From Gemmatimonadota bacterium (lineage in GTDB: Bacteria; Gemmatimonadota; Gemmatimonadetes; Gemmatimonadales; Gemmatimonadaceae): DNA of 64,000 nucleotides. Where the stretch lies: assembly GCA_003134685.1 (NCBI GenBank), contig PLCA01000003.1, positions 559,123 through 623,122 on the forward strand, given 5' to 3'. The position numbers and the translations under genes were made by a program. Position 1 is the stretch's first letter, and each line of letters opens with the position of its first letter. The notes beneath the pieces were generated by a model. It saw only the letters and a list, made by a program, of their open reading frames with translations, did not search any database and was not told the origin of the DNA. This document shows positions 10,033-18,380 of the stretch, piece after piece.

Positions 10033-10323
10033 GGATTCTGTGCGACTAAGGGCTGACGATTCGGGGACCACAGCAGAGCTCTGCATACACCCTGCCGCCG
10101 TGTATACCCTTGGGATTGGCAAGGTTACTCAAGGTCATGCCCTGGCAGGCTTTCACCCCTTAATTCGCGGTTTAACGCAGGTTTTTTGCCTGACAAGCGG
10201 TCAATTCGGTGGGGATCCCGGGGGTGCAGAAAACGATAATGCCGGTGCACTTTTCTCTACGTGTGCCCAGCGGTGCTAGTTTCTTACCACGCAGCTTTCA
10301 CTGCCCTATGGAGACCAGGCAAC

Positions 10324-10851
10324 ATGGCAACCCCTTCTATAGTAGATAGGCTTTCAACAGTCAGTCGAGCGGCCGGGATCGGTGGTCGCATTTCCTTTGT
10401 CGCGCTGGCGATGATTTTCGGCGCAGCATGTGGACCCAAGGCTGCACCGAAAGCATGCCTCCAGTTTTCCCCTGATCTGATGCCGGCTTTCACGGGCGGA
10501 TTGGTTAGAAAGGATTTCAGGATGGCGAATGCCTGGGCGGTCAAGTCGGATCAGATGATCGATTCGAGTGGCGTGAAGTTTCCTGCCTACTTCTTGTCGG
10601 CGGATATTATCGCGCCGAGCGGGGAGGCGGCCGTTGGTACGTGGGTTACGACCGAAGTCACCAAGCCCGGGCTGATTTACTCGGTCTCGCCTCAGGCCAA
10701 GAAGTACAGTAGCTGGGCGCAGGCGGGGGATCCGTCGACTGCCGGGATTACGATGGAGACGGCGGGGGCCAAAGAGTCCGTCGCCTGTGTGCTCAACAAC
10801 CGTCCGGCTATTTCTCAGACGGGCACCACCACGAAGACCACGACACCGTAA
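10324..10851 (+). CDS. Hypothetical lipoprotein
   Basis: FGAAC lipobox after a hydrophobic stretch; Thr-rich tail; start uncertain. Confidence 0.65.
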   Translation: MATPSIVDRLSTVSRAAGIGGRISFVALAMIFGAACGPKAAPKACLQFSPDLMPAFTGGLVRKDFRMANAWAVKSDQMIDSSGVKFPAYFLSADIIAPSGEAAVGTWVTTEVTKPGLIYSVSPQAKKYSSWAQAGDPSTAGITMETAGAKESVACVLNNRPAISQTGTTTKTTTP

Positions 10852-10865
10852 GGATAGATGCCGCT

Positions 10866-11162
10866 TCAATAATGAAAGCGCGCTTGCAAGAAGTTCACAC
10901 GGTCGTCGCTGACCAGATAAACCAGTCGATCTTCGCCTGTGATGCGCCGAGACCAGATATTCGGGCCCATCTGCTTGAGGTGCTCGGGCTTTCCAGTGCC
11001 GGAAAAGGGATCTCGCATCACAGCCTCGATCAGATCAAACACTCGTAGCCCTGTCTTCCGGTTCGTATCAACCCACCAGCGCAGATCCTCGAGGCACTCG
11101 GGTTCGATCACAAGAGAGCGCGGTTTGCGTGAGGAATCGCGCCGGTGACTTGACGGGGTCAT
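10866..11162 (-). CDS. yoeB: Txe/YoeB family mRNase toxin
   Basis: DPFSGTGKPEHLK, WSRRITGEDRLVY and C-terminal RFHY; downstream of a YefM-like gene. Confidence 0.93.
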   Translation of the reverse strand: MTPSSHRRDSSRKPRSLVIEPECLEDLRWWVDTNRKTGLRVFDLIEAVMRDPFSGTGKPEHLKQMGPNIWSRRITGEDRLVYLVSDDRVNFLQARFHY

Positions 11163-11177
11163 TCCGAAGCCAGAGTA

Positions 11178-11462
11178 CTATTTCTCTCCATCCAGCCCCA
11201 GCTCCGCGCGCAGATCTTCGAGCGCGATTGACTTGGTTTGTCCGCGAAGGGCGCGCTGGAGCGCCGTGAGAAGTCTTGCGGCGTTCCTCGGTGATCGCAG
11301 CAGGTGGGCGGTTTCACGAAGACCTTCCAGCTCCTCAGCGGGGAGAATTGCCATCGTTTGATGACCTCGGCGTTCCACTATCACAGGCTCCTGGGAGTCT
11401 TCAACCTTGTCCCAGATCTCCGCCAGATTCTCTCTAAGCTTGCTGTACGACGTGGTACCCAT
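11178..11462 (-). CDS. yefM: Phd/YefM family antitoxin
   Basis: SYSKLRENLA..EPVIVER..ETAHLLRSPRNAARL, typical of YefM. Confidence 0.93.
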   Translation of the reverse strand: MGTTSYSKLRENLAEIWDKVEDSQEPVIVERRGHQTMAILPAEELEGLRETAHLLRSPRNAARLLTALQRALRGQTKSIALEDLRAELGLDGEK

Positions 11463-11489
11463 TTAACGCCTCCCCAGGCGGACGGCCTC

Positions 11490-11514
11490 ACTTGTACAGA
11501 TCTATTGTACAAGT
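11490..11514. promoter_or_regulatory. Palindromic operator upstream of yefM
   Basis: ACTTGTACA-N7-TGTACAAGT perfect inverted repeat; TGTACA is the core of the E. coli yefM-yoeB operator. Confidence 0.75.
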
Positions 11515-11543
11515 AAGACGCTCGACTTTCAAGGAGGTAAAAC

Positions 11544-11672
11544 GTGAATGGATTGGGGTCGCGGAGCGAAGAAAGGATGGTCGCGCACGTCGAGGCGACC
11601 GGCATGCAGGTCCTCGACATGCACAACGGATGGACGGAGATTCATCCTATGTCCAAGATCGAAATGAGATGA
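11544..11672 (+). CDS. 42-aa small ORF (or gene remnant) coupled to the next gene
   Basis: AAGGAGGT Shine-Dalgarno 5 nt before GTG; TGA overlaps the next ATG (ATGA); absent from the ORF track. Confidence 0.45.
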   Translation: MNGLGSRSEERMVAHVEATGMQVLDMHNGWTEIHPMSKIEMR

Positions 11673-12391
11673 CATCCTCGCAATTCCGGAAGCTCGACGA
11701 ATCGAAGATCGTCGAATCTCTCACGGCGTTGAGGGATCGGATCGAGAATCAGTTTCCGGATTCTGGTTTGGGGAGAGTGGCGGACGAATTGATCGCGGTC
11801 GCTGGAGAGGTGGCCGAGTGCGCCGAGTATCTGAGCAGGACCAACTGGCCGATACGCATCTTCGCGGGGCTGCTGATCGCGGGTATGTTCCTGGTGTTAT
11901 ACCTGGCCGGTCCTCGCGTGGAGCTACCCGCGGGAGCGCACAAGTTCTCGGACATCCAGTCGATCGCGGCGGTGTTCAACATTGCGGCGGTGTCTGGTGT
12001 CGCGGTGTTGTTCCTGCTTCGTCTCGAGACCAACCTGAAGCGGAGGCGGGCGCACGGAGTTCTGCACGAGCTGCGAAGTCTCGCCCACGTCGTCGACATG
12101 CATCAGTTGGCAAAGGATCCGGCGGGGCGGCGATTGCCGGAGCCGGAGATTACCGAGAGTCCGAAGGGGGCGATGAGCCCGTCGTCGCTCGGGCGGTATC
12201 TCGACTACTGCACTGACCTACTTTCGCTGACGGGGAAGTTGTCGGCGTTGTTGGTGCAGCGGTACAAGGATCAAGAAGTGCTGAGCGAAGTGAACGAGAT
12301 CGAGGCGCTCACCAGTGCGCTTTCGGGGAGGATCTGGCAAAGGATTCAATTGTTGGAGAGCGCGCTCGATGCCCACACTGGCCCGCCTTGA
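11669..12391 (+). CDS. Uncharacterised 2-TM membrane protein (copy 1)
   Basis: Two hydrophobic segments, HELRSLAHVVDMHQL and RYLDYC motifs; near-identical paralog at 17632. Confidence 0.85.
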   Translation: MTSSQFRKLDESKIVESLTALRDRIENQFPDSGLGRVADELIAVAGEVAECAEYLSRTNWPIRIFAGLLIAGMFLVLYLAGPRVELPAGAHKFSDIQSIAAVFNIAAVSGVAVLFLLRLETNLKRRRAHGVLHELRSLAHVVDMHQLAKDPAGRRLPEPEITESPKGAMSPSSLGRYLDYCTDLLSLTGKLSALLVQRYKDQEVLSEVNEIEALTSALSGRIWQRIQLLESALDAHTGPP

Positions 12392-12398
12392 CCGTCTG

Positions 12399-13256
12399 AT
12401 GCGCATCCCGCCGTTGATTCCACTGATTGCGATCGCGATTGCGACTCTTGCGCACCCGGCATCAAGTCAGACCAGGGACGAACGGGCCGTACGCGCGGCT
12501 TCCGACGCCCGCCAGCGATACGTGGCCGCGCGAGACGTTGACAGCCTCGTTGCGCTCCATACACCGGACGCGGTGCTGATTCCGTCCAACGCACCGGCGA
12601 TGAAAGGCTCGGCCGCCATTCGCGCGGGATGGAGCGAAATGCTCAAGACGGACCGTCTTCGGCTGCACTTGATACCCACCAGGATCGAAGTCGCGAGTCC
12701 AACGTTGGCGACGGAATACGGGACTTACACCGAGTCGTACTACGGGCTTGGTGGAAAAATGAGCGAGGCCGGCAACTACGTCACGATCTGGCGCAAGGTG
12801 AACGGAAAGTGGCGCGTGGCACTCGATGCGCCGGTTAGCACTATGCCGATGCCGGCCCAGATGCCGGCGGAGGCATCGGATTTCGTGGCGGAAAATGAGG
12901 GCACTCTTTCGTGGATCGATTTCGCCCCGCCGGGTTTTCCACCGGGAGGGAAGATCAGCGTGCTACATGGCGATCCGTTCTCGCCGGGACTTTTCGTCTT
13001 GCGCCTGAGTCTACCCGATGGTTACAAGATTCCATTGCACTGGAATCCCACCGCGGAGTACGTGACGGTGTTGTCCGGCGGTATGCAGCTCGGGATGGGA
13101 AACAGCGTCGATACGAGCGCGGGGCAAAGTTATTCGCCGGAGGACTTCGTCTTTATCCCGGCGCGTCACCCCCATTGGGCGCAGGCGCGGGGCGCGACGG
13201 TTTTACAGGTGAGCGGGACCGGGCCGTTTCAGCCAAGCCTCGGCGTCCCAAAATAG
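12399..13256 (+). CDS. Secreted DUF4440/SnoaL-like (NTF2 fold) plus cupin fusion
   Basis: Signal peptide; ARDVDSLVALHTPDAVLIP...GNYVTIWRKVNGKWRV; cupin motif IPLHWNPTAEYVTVLSG...FIPARHPHW. Confidence 0.8.
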   Translation: MRIPPLIPLIAIAIATLAHPASSQTRDERAVRAASDARQRYVAARDVDSLVALHTPDAVLIPSNAPAMKGSAAIRAGWSEMLKTDRLRLHLIPTRIEVASPTLATEYGTYTESYYGLGGKMSEAGNYVTIWRKVNGKWRVALDAPVSTMPMPAQMPAEASDFVAENEGTLSWIDFAPPGFPPGGKISVLHGDPFSPGLFVLRLSLPDGYKIPLHWNPTAEYVTVLSGGMQLGMGNSVDTSAGQSYSPEDFVFIPARHPHWAQARGATVLQVSGTGPFQPSLGVPK

Positions 13257-13306
13257 CGACGCACGCTGCTGCGGTGACCGTACACCCAGGATGTCAGCCT
13301 CGCGCA

Positions 13307-13708
13307 TCACTCGATTCTCTGACGGAACCAAATCGCTACGTCGTTGTCTGCGATCTTGCGAGTCGCGACTCTGAGCGTGACCTCATACAGCTCCTCCGCG
13401 TCGGCCTCGAAGCTCACCGAGTTCAAGCCCAACAAAACAAGCGCACAGGCTAATCCTGTGCGCTTGTTCCCATCGTTGAATCCCTGGCTGCCGGCGAACG
13501 CAATCAGATAGGAGGCGGCGAGGTCGGCAAAGTCGGCCGATTTTTCGTACGCCCATCGGTTGATCGGCCGGTGTAGGGCTCCCAGAACTACGTTCTTGTC
13601 GAGCACTCCGTGAGAGCCGCCATAGCGTTCGACCTGCTGCGCGTGGATGACGAAAAGGATTTCCTCGGTTATCCAGCGAGGCTCCTCCCTTTTCGCCTTC
13701 GACTTCAT
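13307..13708 (-). CDS. doc: Death-on-curing (Doc/Fic) family toxin with catalytic His replaced by Gln
   Basis: IHAQQVERYGG.HG and QGFNDGNKRTG (Fic motif HxFxDGNKR); ATGA overlap with the upstream antitoxin. Confidence 0.88.
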   Translation of the reverse strand: MKSKAKREEPRWITEEILFVIHAQQVERYGGSHGVLDKNVVLGALHRPINRWAYEKSADFADLAASYLIAFAGSQGFNDGNKRTGLACALVLLGLNSVSFEADAEELYEVTLRVATRKIADNDVAIWFRQRIE

Positions 13709-13938
13709 TTAGCCAGCTTGCGGAACGCTGGGTCGTATTTGTTCATCACCGCTTCGTGAATCTCCACTGCTTTCGCGGTATCTGCGGAAAATGGACTGAC
13801 GCGAAATCCGCCGAACCCATCTTCAACCCAGGCGAGCGTGGTTCCGGCAGCGATCCCGAGCCGTCGCACAATTTCGGGTGGAACGGTGGTAACGGCGGAA
13901 GACCCTTGCTGGCGTACAGTGGTTATGAGAGCCGGCAT
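13705..13938 (-). CDS. AbrB/MazE/SpoVT-type antitoxin
   Basis: TTVRQQGSSAVTTVPPEIVRRLGI..GTTL pattern; directly upstream of doc. Confidence 0.85.
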   Translation of the reverse strand: MPALITTVRQQGSSAVTTVPPEIVRRLGIAAGTTLAWVEDGFGGFRVSPFSADTAKAVEIHEAVMNKYDPAFRKLAK

Positions 13939-13988
13939 CTGAACACCCCTCCTTATATTCGTACTAATAAGACTCTTGAGCGTGATTA

Positions 13989-14019
13989 TAGTTACACTAA
14001 AGTAACGCTTTAGTTACAC
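13989..14019. promoter_or_regulatory. Probable operator of the abrB-doc operon
   Basis: TAGTTACAC direct repeats at 13989 and 14011, with interleaved GTTAC/GTAAC and CTAAAG/CTTTAG inverted repeats. Confidence 0.45.
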
Positions 14020-14024
14020 CGGCC

Positions 14025-14153
14025 TCAAGCCCTGGTGTCTACGGCCGAGCCGCTAGGACCGCCGCGCTTGTTGCCGTCGTCGAATCCGCGGGTTCCGGAA
14101 AATGGTAAAACGTGAGCGGAATCGATCCCGATTAGGCGCGTGAAATCGGGCAT
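14025..14153 (-). pseudogene. Degenerate second doc/Fic fragment
   Basis: Translates to MPDFTRLIGIDSAHVLPFSGTRGFDDGNKRGG..., matching ADFADLAASYLIAFAGSQGFNDGNKRTG of the neighbouring Doc. Confidence 0.55.
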
Positions 14154-14234
14154 GGTCATTCATGCTCCGGCAAGCGCCCCCCACGCAGTCCTCATCGACG
14201 ATTGCGATAACCCAAGCGTTAGGTTAGTTTTAGC

Positions 14235-14382
14235 TTGCCGACCGTCATGAGGTCTGGTGGCTTTGCAGTCCGTATTCTCCTGCCTCCACGCGAGCACGGC
14301 CCTCCTCATGTTCACGTGGTGAAGGCCGGCGCAATGGAAGACGCAACTGTTGGCAACCTGGAAAACAATACATGGCGAATAA
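14235..14382 (+). pseudogene. DUF4160 (DhiT-like) toxin, internally deleted and frameshifted
   Basis: N-terminus MPTVMRSGGF..REHGPPHVHV; the C-terminus QWKTQLLATWKTIHGE* is in the +1 frame from 14332, and the middle appears to be missing. Confidence 0.7.
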
Positions 14383-14830
14383 GCTCCTCACGGACCAGCA
14401 AATTCTCTCACAGATCCCCGCGGCGAGAAGGCGTGAACGTCGAGCACGCGCGACGGAGGCCAGAGCTGTCAGTGCTCGCTACGACCCACGTGCGAAGTCA
14501 CTCGCTATCGAGCTCACCAACGGGTCGAGTCTCCGGCTTCCGATAAAGCTGATCCCGTGGCTGCGGAATGTTCCGGCGAATCAGTTGGGGGAGGTGGAAG
14601 TGGACCCTTCAGGAGAAGGTCTGCACTGGGAATCCCTCGATGTCGATTTGAGCGTGCCCGGTTTGCTACAGGAGATATTTGGGACCGTCAGTTGGATGAG
14701 GCAGCTCGCGAGTCATGGCGGGCGGTCGAGATCTCCTGCCAAAGTCCGTGCGGCAAAAAGCAACGGAGCGAAGGGCGGCCGTCCGCGCGGTTCCTCGAGA
14801 CGGCGTCGCAGGCATCGAGTCGCGGCTTGA
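14372..14830 (+). CDS. DUF2442 (DhiA-like) antitoxin
   Basis: LAIELTNG..LRLPIKLIPWL....QL.EVEV...GEGLHWESLDVDLSVPGLL; basic tail with GAKGGRPR. Confidence 0.85.
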   Translation: MANKLLTDQQILSQIPAARRRERRARATEARAVSARYDPRAKSLAIELTNGSSLRLPIKLIPWLRNVPANQLGEVEVDPSGEGLHWESLDVDLSVPGLLQEIFGTVSWMRQLASHGGRSRSPAKVRAAKSNGAKGGRPRGSSRRRRRHRVAA

Positions 14831-14862
14831 GAGGCGGGAACGAAGTACGCTGCTTCCCGCTT
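14830..14862. terminator. Hairpin between convergent genes
   Basis: GAGGCGGGAA...TTCCCGCTTC stem. Confidence 0.5.
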
Positions 14863-14869
14863 CCGGCTC

Positions 14870-15409
14870 CTAGAGCCCCGCGAACACCTCGTTCAAGTCG
14901 ATCACGACTTCAGTCCGTGCGATCCGCCACCGAATCCTATCCCGGACGACACGGCTCTTTCGTTTACCGGTGCAAACTTCTACAGACCGGTCGCGCCAAT
15001 CGACGAGCCACACCTGCTCGAGTCCGAGCGCGAAGTACGCGTCGCGCTTGAACTCACGGTCATACACCCGCGATGACCGGCTGAGTATTTCGACTGCCAG
15101 CCAGTGCTCTGTGATCTTGCGCCAATCGGTCATCGGGCTGAAGCGCGCAGGATACACAAGGATGTCCGGCTGTAGTTGCGTTCTCGGCATCCGCACGACC
15201 GCACCCGGGCCGACGACGTGCGCAAGTCCGGGCTTTTGCAGGAACGCGGTGAGCTCAAACTGAATGCGGTTCGCGACGACCTGGTGCACGGCAGCGGCTT
15301 GCGGCGTCACCAGCAGCACTCCGTCCAGCAGCTCGTAGCGGTTGCCGTCGTCCGGGAAGTGTTCGAGATCGTCGACCGTATACAGCGGGACGGAAATCGC
15401 CATAGCCAT
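14870..15409 (-). CDS. Uma2 family (DUF820) PD-(D/E)xK endonuclease
   Basis: RYELLDGVLLVTP...HQ...QPDILV...LAVEILS...DREFKRDAY. Confidence 0.9.
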   Translation of the reverse strand: MAMAISVPLYTVDDLEHFPDDGNRYELLDGVLLVTPQAAAVHQVVANRIQFELTAFLQKPGLAHVVGPGAVVRMPRTQLQPDILVYPARFSPMTDWRKITEHWLAVEILSRSSRVYDREFKRDAYFALGLEQVWLVDWRDRSVEVCTGKRKSRVVRDRIRWRIARTEVVIDLNEVFAGL

Positions 15410-15506
15410 ACGCTACCCTCTCGGCGGTCGGTTTGTCCACTCGGCACGGTGGAAGTTCACATAGAAATGCCCGAGATTAATTCAGCTCTGCGTCCGGGGG
15501 GACATC

Positions 15507-17612
15507 GTGAAACCCAACATCAAGCTTGGCCATATCGCAATCGTTTTGTGCGCTGCAATCGCACCGATAGTGCTTGCCGCACAGCAGAGTTCGGCGGATC
15601 CGTTCATCTGGCTCGAGGACGTCGACAGCAAGAGATCGATGGATTGGGTCAACGCCCACAACGCGTCGACTGTGGCCGAGCTGAGCGCTTTGCCGATCTA
15701 TCAGTCGATCTACGATCGCACGAAGGCGATCCTCGACTCGAAGGACAGGATCGCGTATCCGCGCATTGTCGGCGACATGCTTTACAACTTCTGGCAGGAC
15801 GCCGATCACGAGCGAGGGATCTGGCGGCGCACGAGCTGGAGCGATTACACTGGCGGCAATCCGAAGTGGGTGACTGTGCTCGACGTAGACGCCCTCGCCA
15901 AAGCGGAGGGCGTGACCTGGTCGTGGGGCGGCGCCGATTGCTTCGATCCCGAGGAGCGGTTCTGCATGGTGTCGCTCTCGCGCGGCGGGTCGGATGCGAG
16001 CGAATCCCGCGAGTTCGATCTTAAGACGGGTCAGTTCGTAAAAGATGGCTTCCGGTTGCCGGAGGCAAAGAAGTCACTGGCTTGGGTTGATGCTAACAAT
16101 CTCCTTGTTGGCACGGACTACGGGCCGGGGTCGATGACCACTTCCGGCTACGCGCGCGTGGTCAAGCTCTGGAAACGCGGGACACCTCTGTCCTCTGCTA
16201 CGACGGTGTACGAAGCGCCCGCCGACCATATGGGAGCGTTTGTCGGATCAAGCGAAGCGGGCGACCGCCGCTACATCGAGGTCGACGATCAGAAGACTTT
16301 CTACGAGGGTACGAAGTCCCTGTTCCGGGATGGCCGCCTGGTGAAGCTGGATATTCCGGCGGATGCGGATCTGTTCCTGGTGCGGGATCAGATGGTCGTG
16401 TACGTGCGCGACCCGTGGCAGGTTGGCGGGAAAACATGGGGCACGGGGTCGCTCGTTGCGACGCCGCTCGATGACTTTCTCGCCGGGAAGAGCGACCTGA
16501 AGCTGGTGATGCAGCCCGGGCCTCGCGAGAGCGTCAACGGAATCGGGGCGACGCACGACCACCTGCTGATCAACGTGCTCAACAACGTACGCGGCGAGCT
16601 GCGGCGGTATCGCTACCAGAACGGCGCCTGGTCGGCGGAGAAGGTACCGGCGCCCGACCTCGGCGCCATTGGCGTGGTCGCGACCTCGCCGCGGTCGAAT
16701 CGTTTCTTCTTCACTTACACGAACTTCATCCAACCGACGACGCTCTACCTCGCGAGCGAGGACGGAAAAGTTTCCGAGGTGAAGCGACTGCCGGCGCAAT
16801 TCGACGCGAAGGACCTGACCGTTGAGCAGATGGAAGCGATGTCGAAAGACGGAACGAAGATCCCCTATTTTATCGTTCATCGTGAAGGCATGAAGCACGA
16901 TGGGAATAATCCCACGCTGCTGTACGCATATGGCGGGTTCGAGTCGTCGCAGACGCCGTCGTACAGCGCGAACGTGGGCGCGAACTGGCTCGAGCGCGGC
17001 GGGACTTATGTGCTCGCGAACATTCGCGGTGGCGGAGAGTTCGGTCCGGCGTGGCATCGCGCGGGTCTCAAGGAGAATCGCCAGCGCATCTATGACGACT
17101 TTGCAGCCGTGAGCGAGGCGCTGATAAGCCAGCGGATAACATCACCGGAGCATCTGGGGATCGAGGGCGGGAGCAACGGCGGGTTGCTGGTGGGCGTTGC
17201 GTTTACGGAGAGGCCGGAGCTGTACAAGGCGGTGGTGATCCAGTCGCCGCTGCTCGACATGCAGCGGTATAGTCATCTGCTGGCGGGGGCGAGCTGGATG
17301 GCGGAGTACGGGGATCCGGACAAGCCGGATGAGTGGGCTTACATCTCGAAATATTCGCCGTATCAGAATCTTCGGGCCGGTACGAAGTATCCCAAGGTGA
17401 TGTTCACGACCACTACGCGCGACGATCGGGTGCATCCTGCGCATGCGCGGAAGATGGCCGCGAAAATGGAGTCGATGGGGCTACCGTTTTACTACTTCGA
17501 GAATACCGAGGGCGGGCATGGGGCGGGGGTAACGAACGAGCAGAGGGCGAAGAGCATCGCGCTTACTTACGCCTATCTGTGGCAACAGCTGGGTGCCGTT
17601 CGGGGAATGTGA
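15507..17612 (+). CDS. Secreted prolyl oligopeptidase (S9A)
   Basis: Signal peptide, DPFIWLED, GGSNGG (Ser), DDRVHP (Asp), EGGHG (His). Confidence 0.95.
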   Translation: MKPNIKLGHIAIVLCAAIAPIVLAAQQSSADPFIWLEDVDSKRSMDWVNAHNASTVAELSALPIYQSIYDRTKAILDSKDRIAYPRIVGDMLYNFWQDADHERGIWRRTSWSDYTGGNPKWVTVLDVDALAKAEGVTWSWGGADCFDPEERFCMVSLSRGGSDASESREFDLKTGQFVKDGFRLPEAKKSLAWVDANNLLVGTDYGPGSMTTSGYARVVKLWKRGTPLSSATTVYEAPADHMGAFVGSSEAGDRRYIEVDDQKTFYEGTKSLFRDGRLVKLDIPADADLFLVRDQMVVYVRDPWQVGGKTWGTGSLVATPLDDFLAGKSDLKLVMQPGPRESVNGIGATHDHLLINVLNNVRGELRRYRYQNGAWSAEKVPAPDLGAIGVVATSPRSNRFFFTYTNFIQPTTLYLASEDGKVSEVKRLPAQFDAKDLTVEQMEAMSKDGTKIPYFIVHREGMKHDGNNPTLLYAYGGFESSQTPSYSANVGANWLERGGTYVLANIRGGGEFGPAWHRAGLKENRQRIYDDFAAVSEALISQRITSPEHLGIEGGSNGGLLVGVAFTERPELYKAVVIQSPLLDMQRYSHLLAGASWMAEYGDPDKPDEWAYISKYSPYQNLRAGTKYPKVMFTTTTRDDRVHPAHARKMAAKMESMGLPFYYFENTEGGHGAGVTNEQRAKSIALTYAYLWQQLGAVRGM

Positions 17613-17631
17613 CGACGATGTCCACCAAGCA

Positions 17632-18312
17632 GTGACCACTTCGGAATTCCGGAAGCTCGACGAATCGAAGATCGTCGAGTCCCTCACGGCGTTGAGGGAT
17701 CGGATCGAGAATCAGTTTCCGGATTCTGGTTTGGGGAGGGTGGCGGACGAATTGATCGCGGTCGCTGGCGAAGTGGCCGAGTGCGCGGAGTATTTGAGCG
17801 AGACCAACTGGCCGATACGCGTCTTCGCGGGATTGCTGATCGCCGGAATGATCCTGGTGCTTTACCTGGCCGGTCCGCGCGTGGAGCTGCCCGAGGGAGC
17901 ACACAAGTTCTCGGACATTCAGTCGATTGCGGCGGTGTTCAACATCGCGGCGGTGTCAGGTGTCGCGGTGTTGTTCCTGCTGCGCCTCGAGACCAACCTG
18001 AAGCGGAGGCGGGCGCACGGAGTGCTGCACGAGCTGCGAAGTCTCGCCCACGTCGTGGACATGCATCAGTTGGCGAAGGATCCGGCGGGAAGGAGGTTGC
18101 CGGAGCCGGAGATAACTGAGAGTGCGAAGGGAGCGATGAGCCCGCCGTCGCTCGGGCGGTATCTCGATTATTGCACTGATTTACTTTCGCTGACGGGGAA
18201 GTTGTCGGCGTTGTTGGTGCAGGGATTCAAGGACGCGGTTGTGTTGAGCGAAGTGAACGAGATCGAGGCGCTTACGAGTGCCCTTTCGGGGAGGATTTGG
18301 CAAAAGATTTAG
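17632..18312 (+). CDS. Uncharacterised 2-TM membrane protein (copy 2), slightly truncated by a premature TAG
   Basis: Paralog of 11669..12391; TAG at 18310 stands where copy 1 has CAA, and homology continues to 18351. Confidence 0.75.
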   Translation: MTTSEFRKLDESKIVESLTALRDRIENQFPDSGLGRVADELIAVAGEVAECAEYLSETNWPIRVFAGLLIAGMILVLYLAGPRVELPEGAHKFSDIQSIAAVFNIAAVSGVAVLFLLRLETNLKRRRAHGVLHELRSLAHVVDMHQLAKDPAGRRLPEPEITESAKGAMSPPSLGRYLDYCTDLLSLTGKLSALLVQGFKDAVVLSEVNEIEALTSALSGRIWQKI

Positions 18313-18380
18313 CTGTTGGAGCGGGCGTTCGATGCCACTACTGCGCGATAGGTTGCACAGTTCGCCATGAGGCGAGATCA

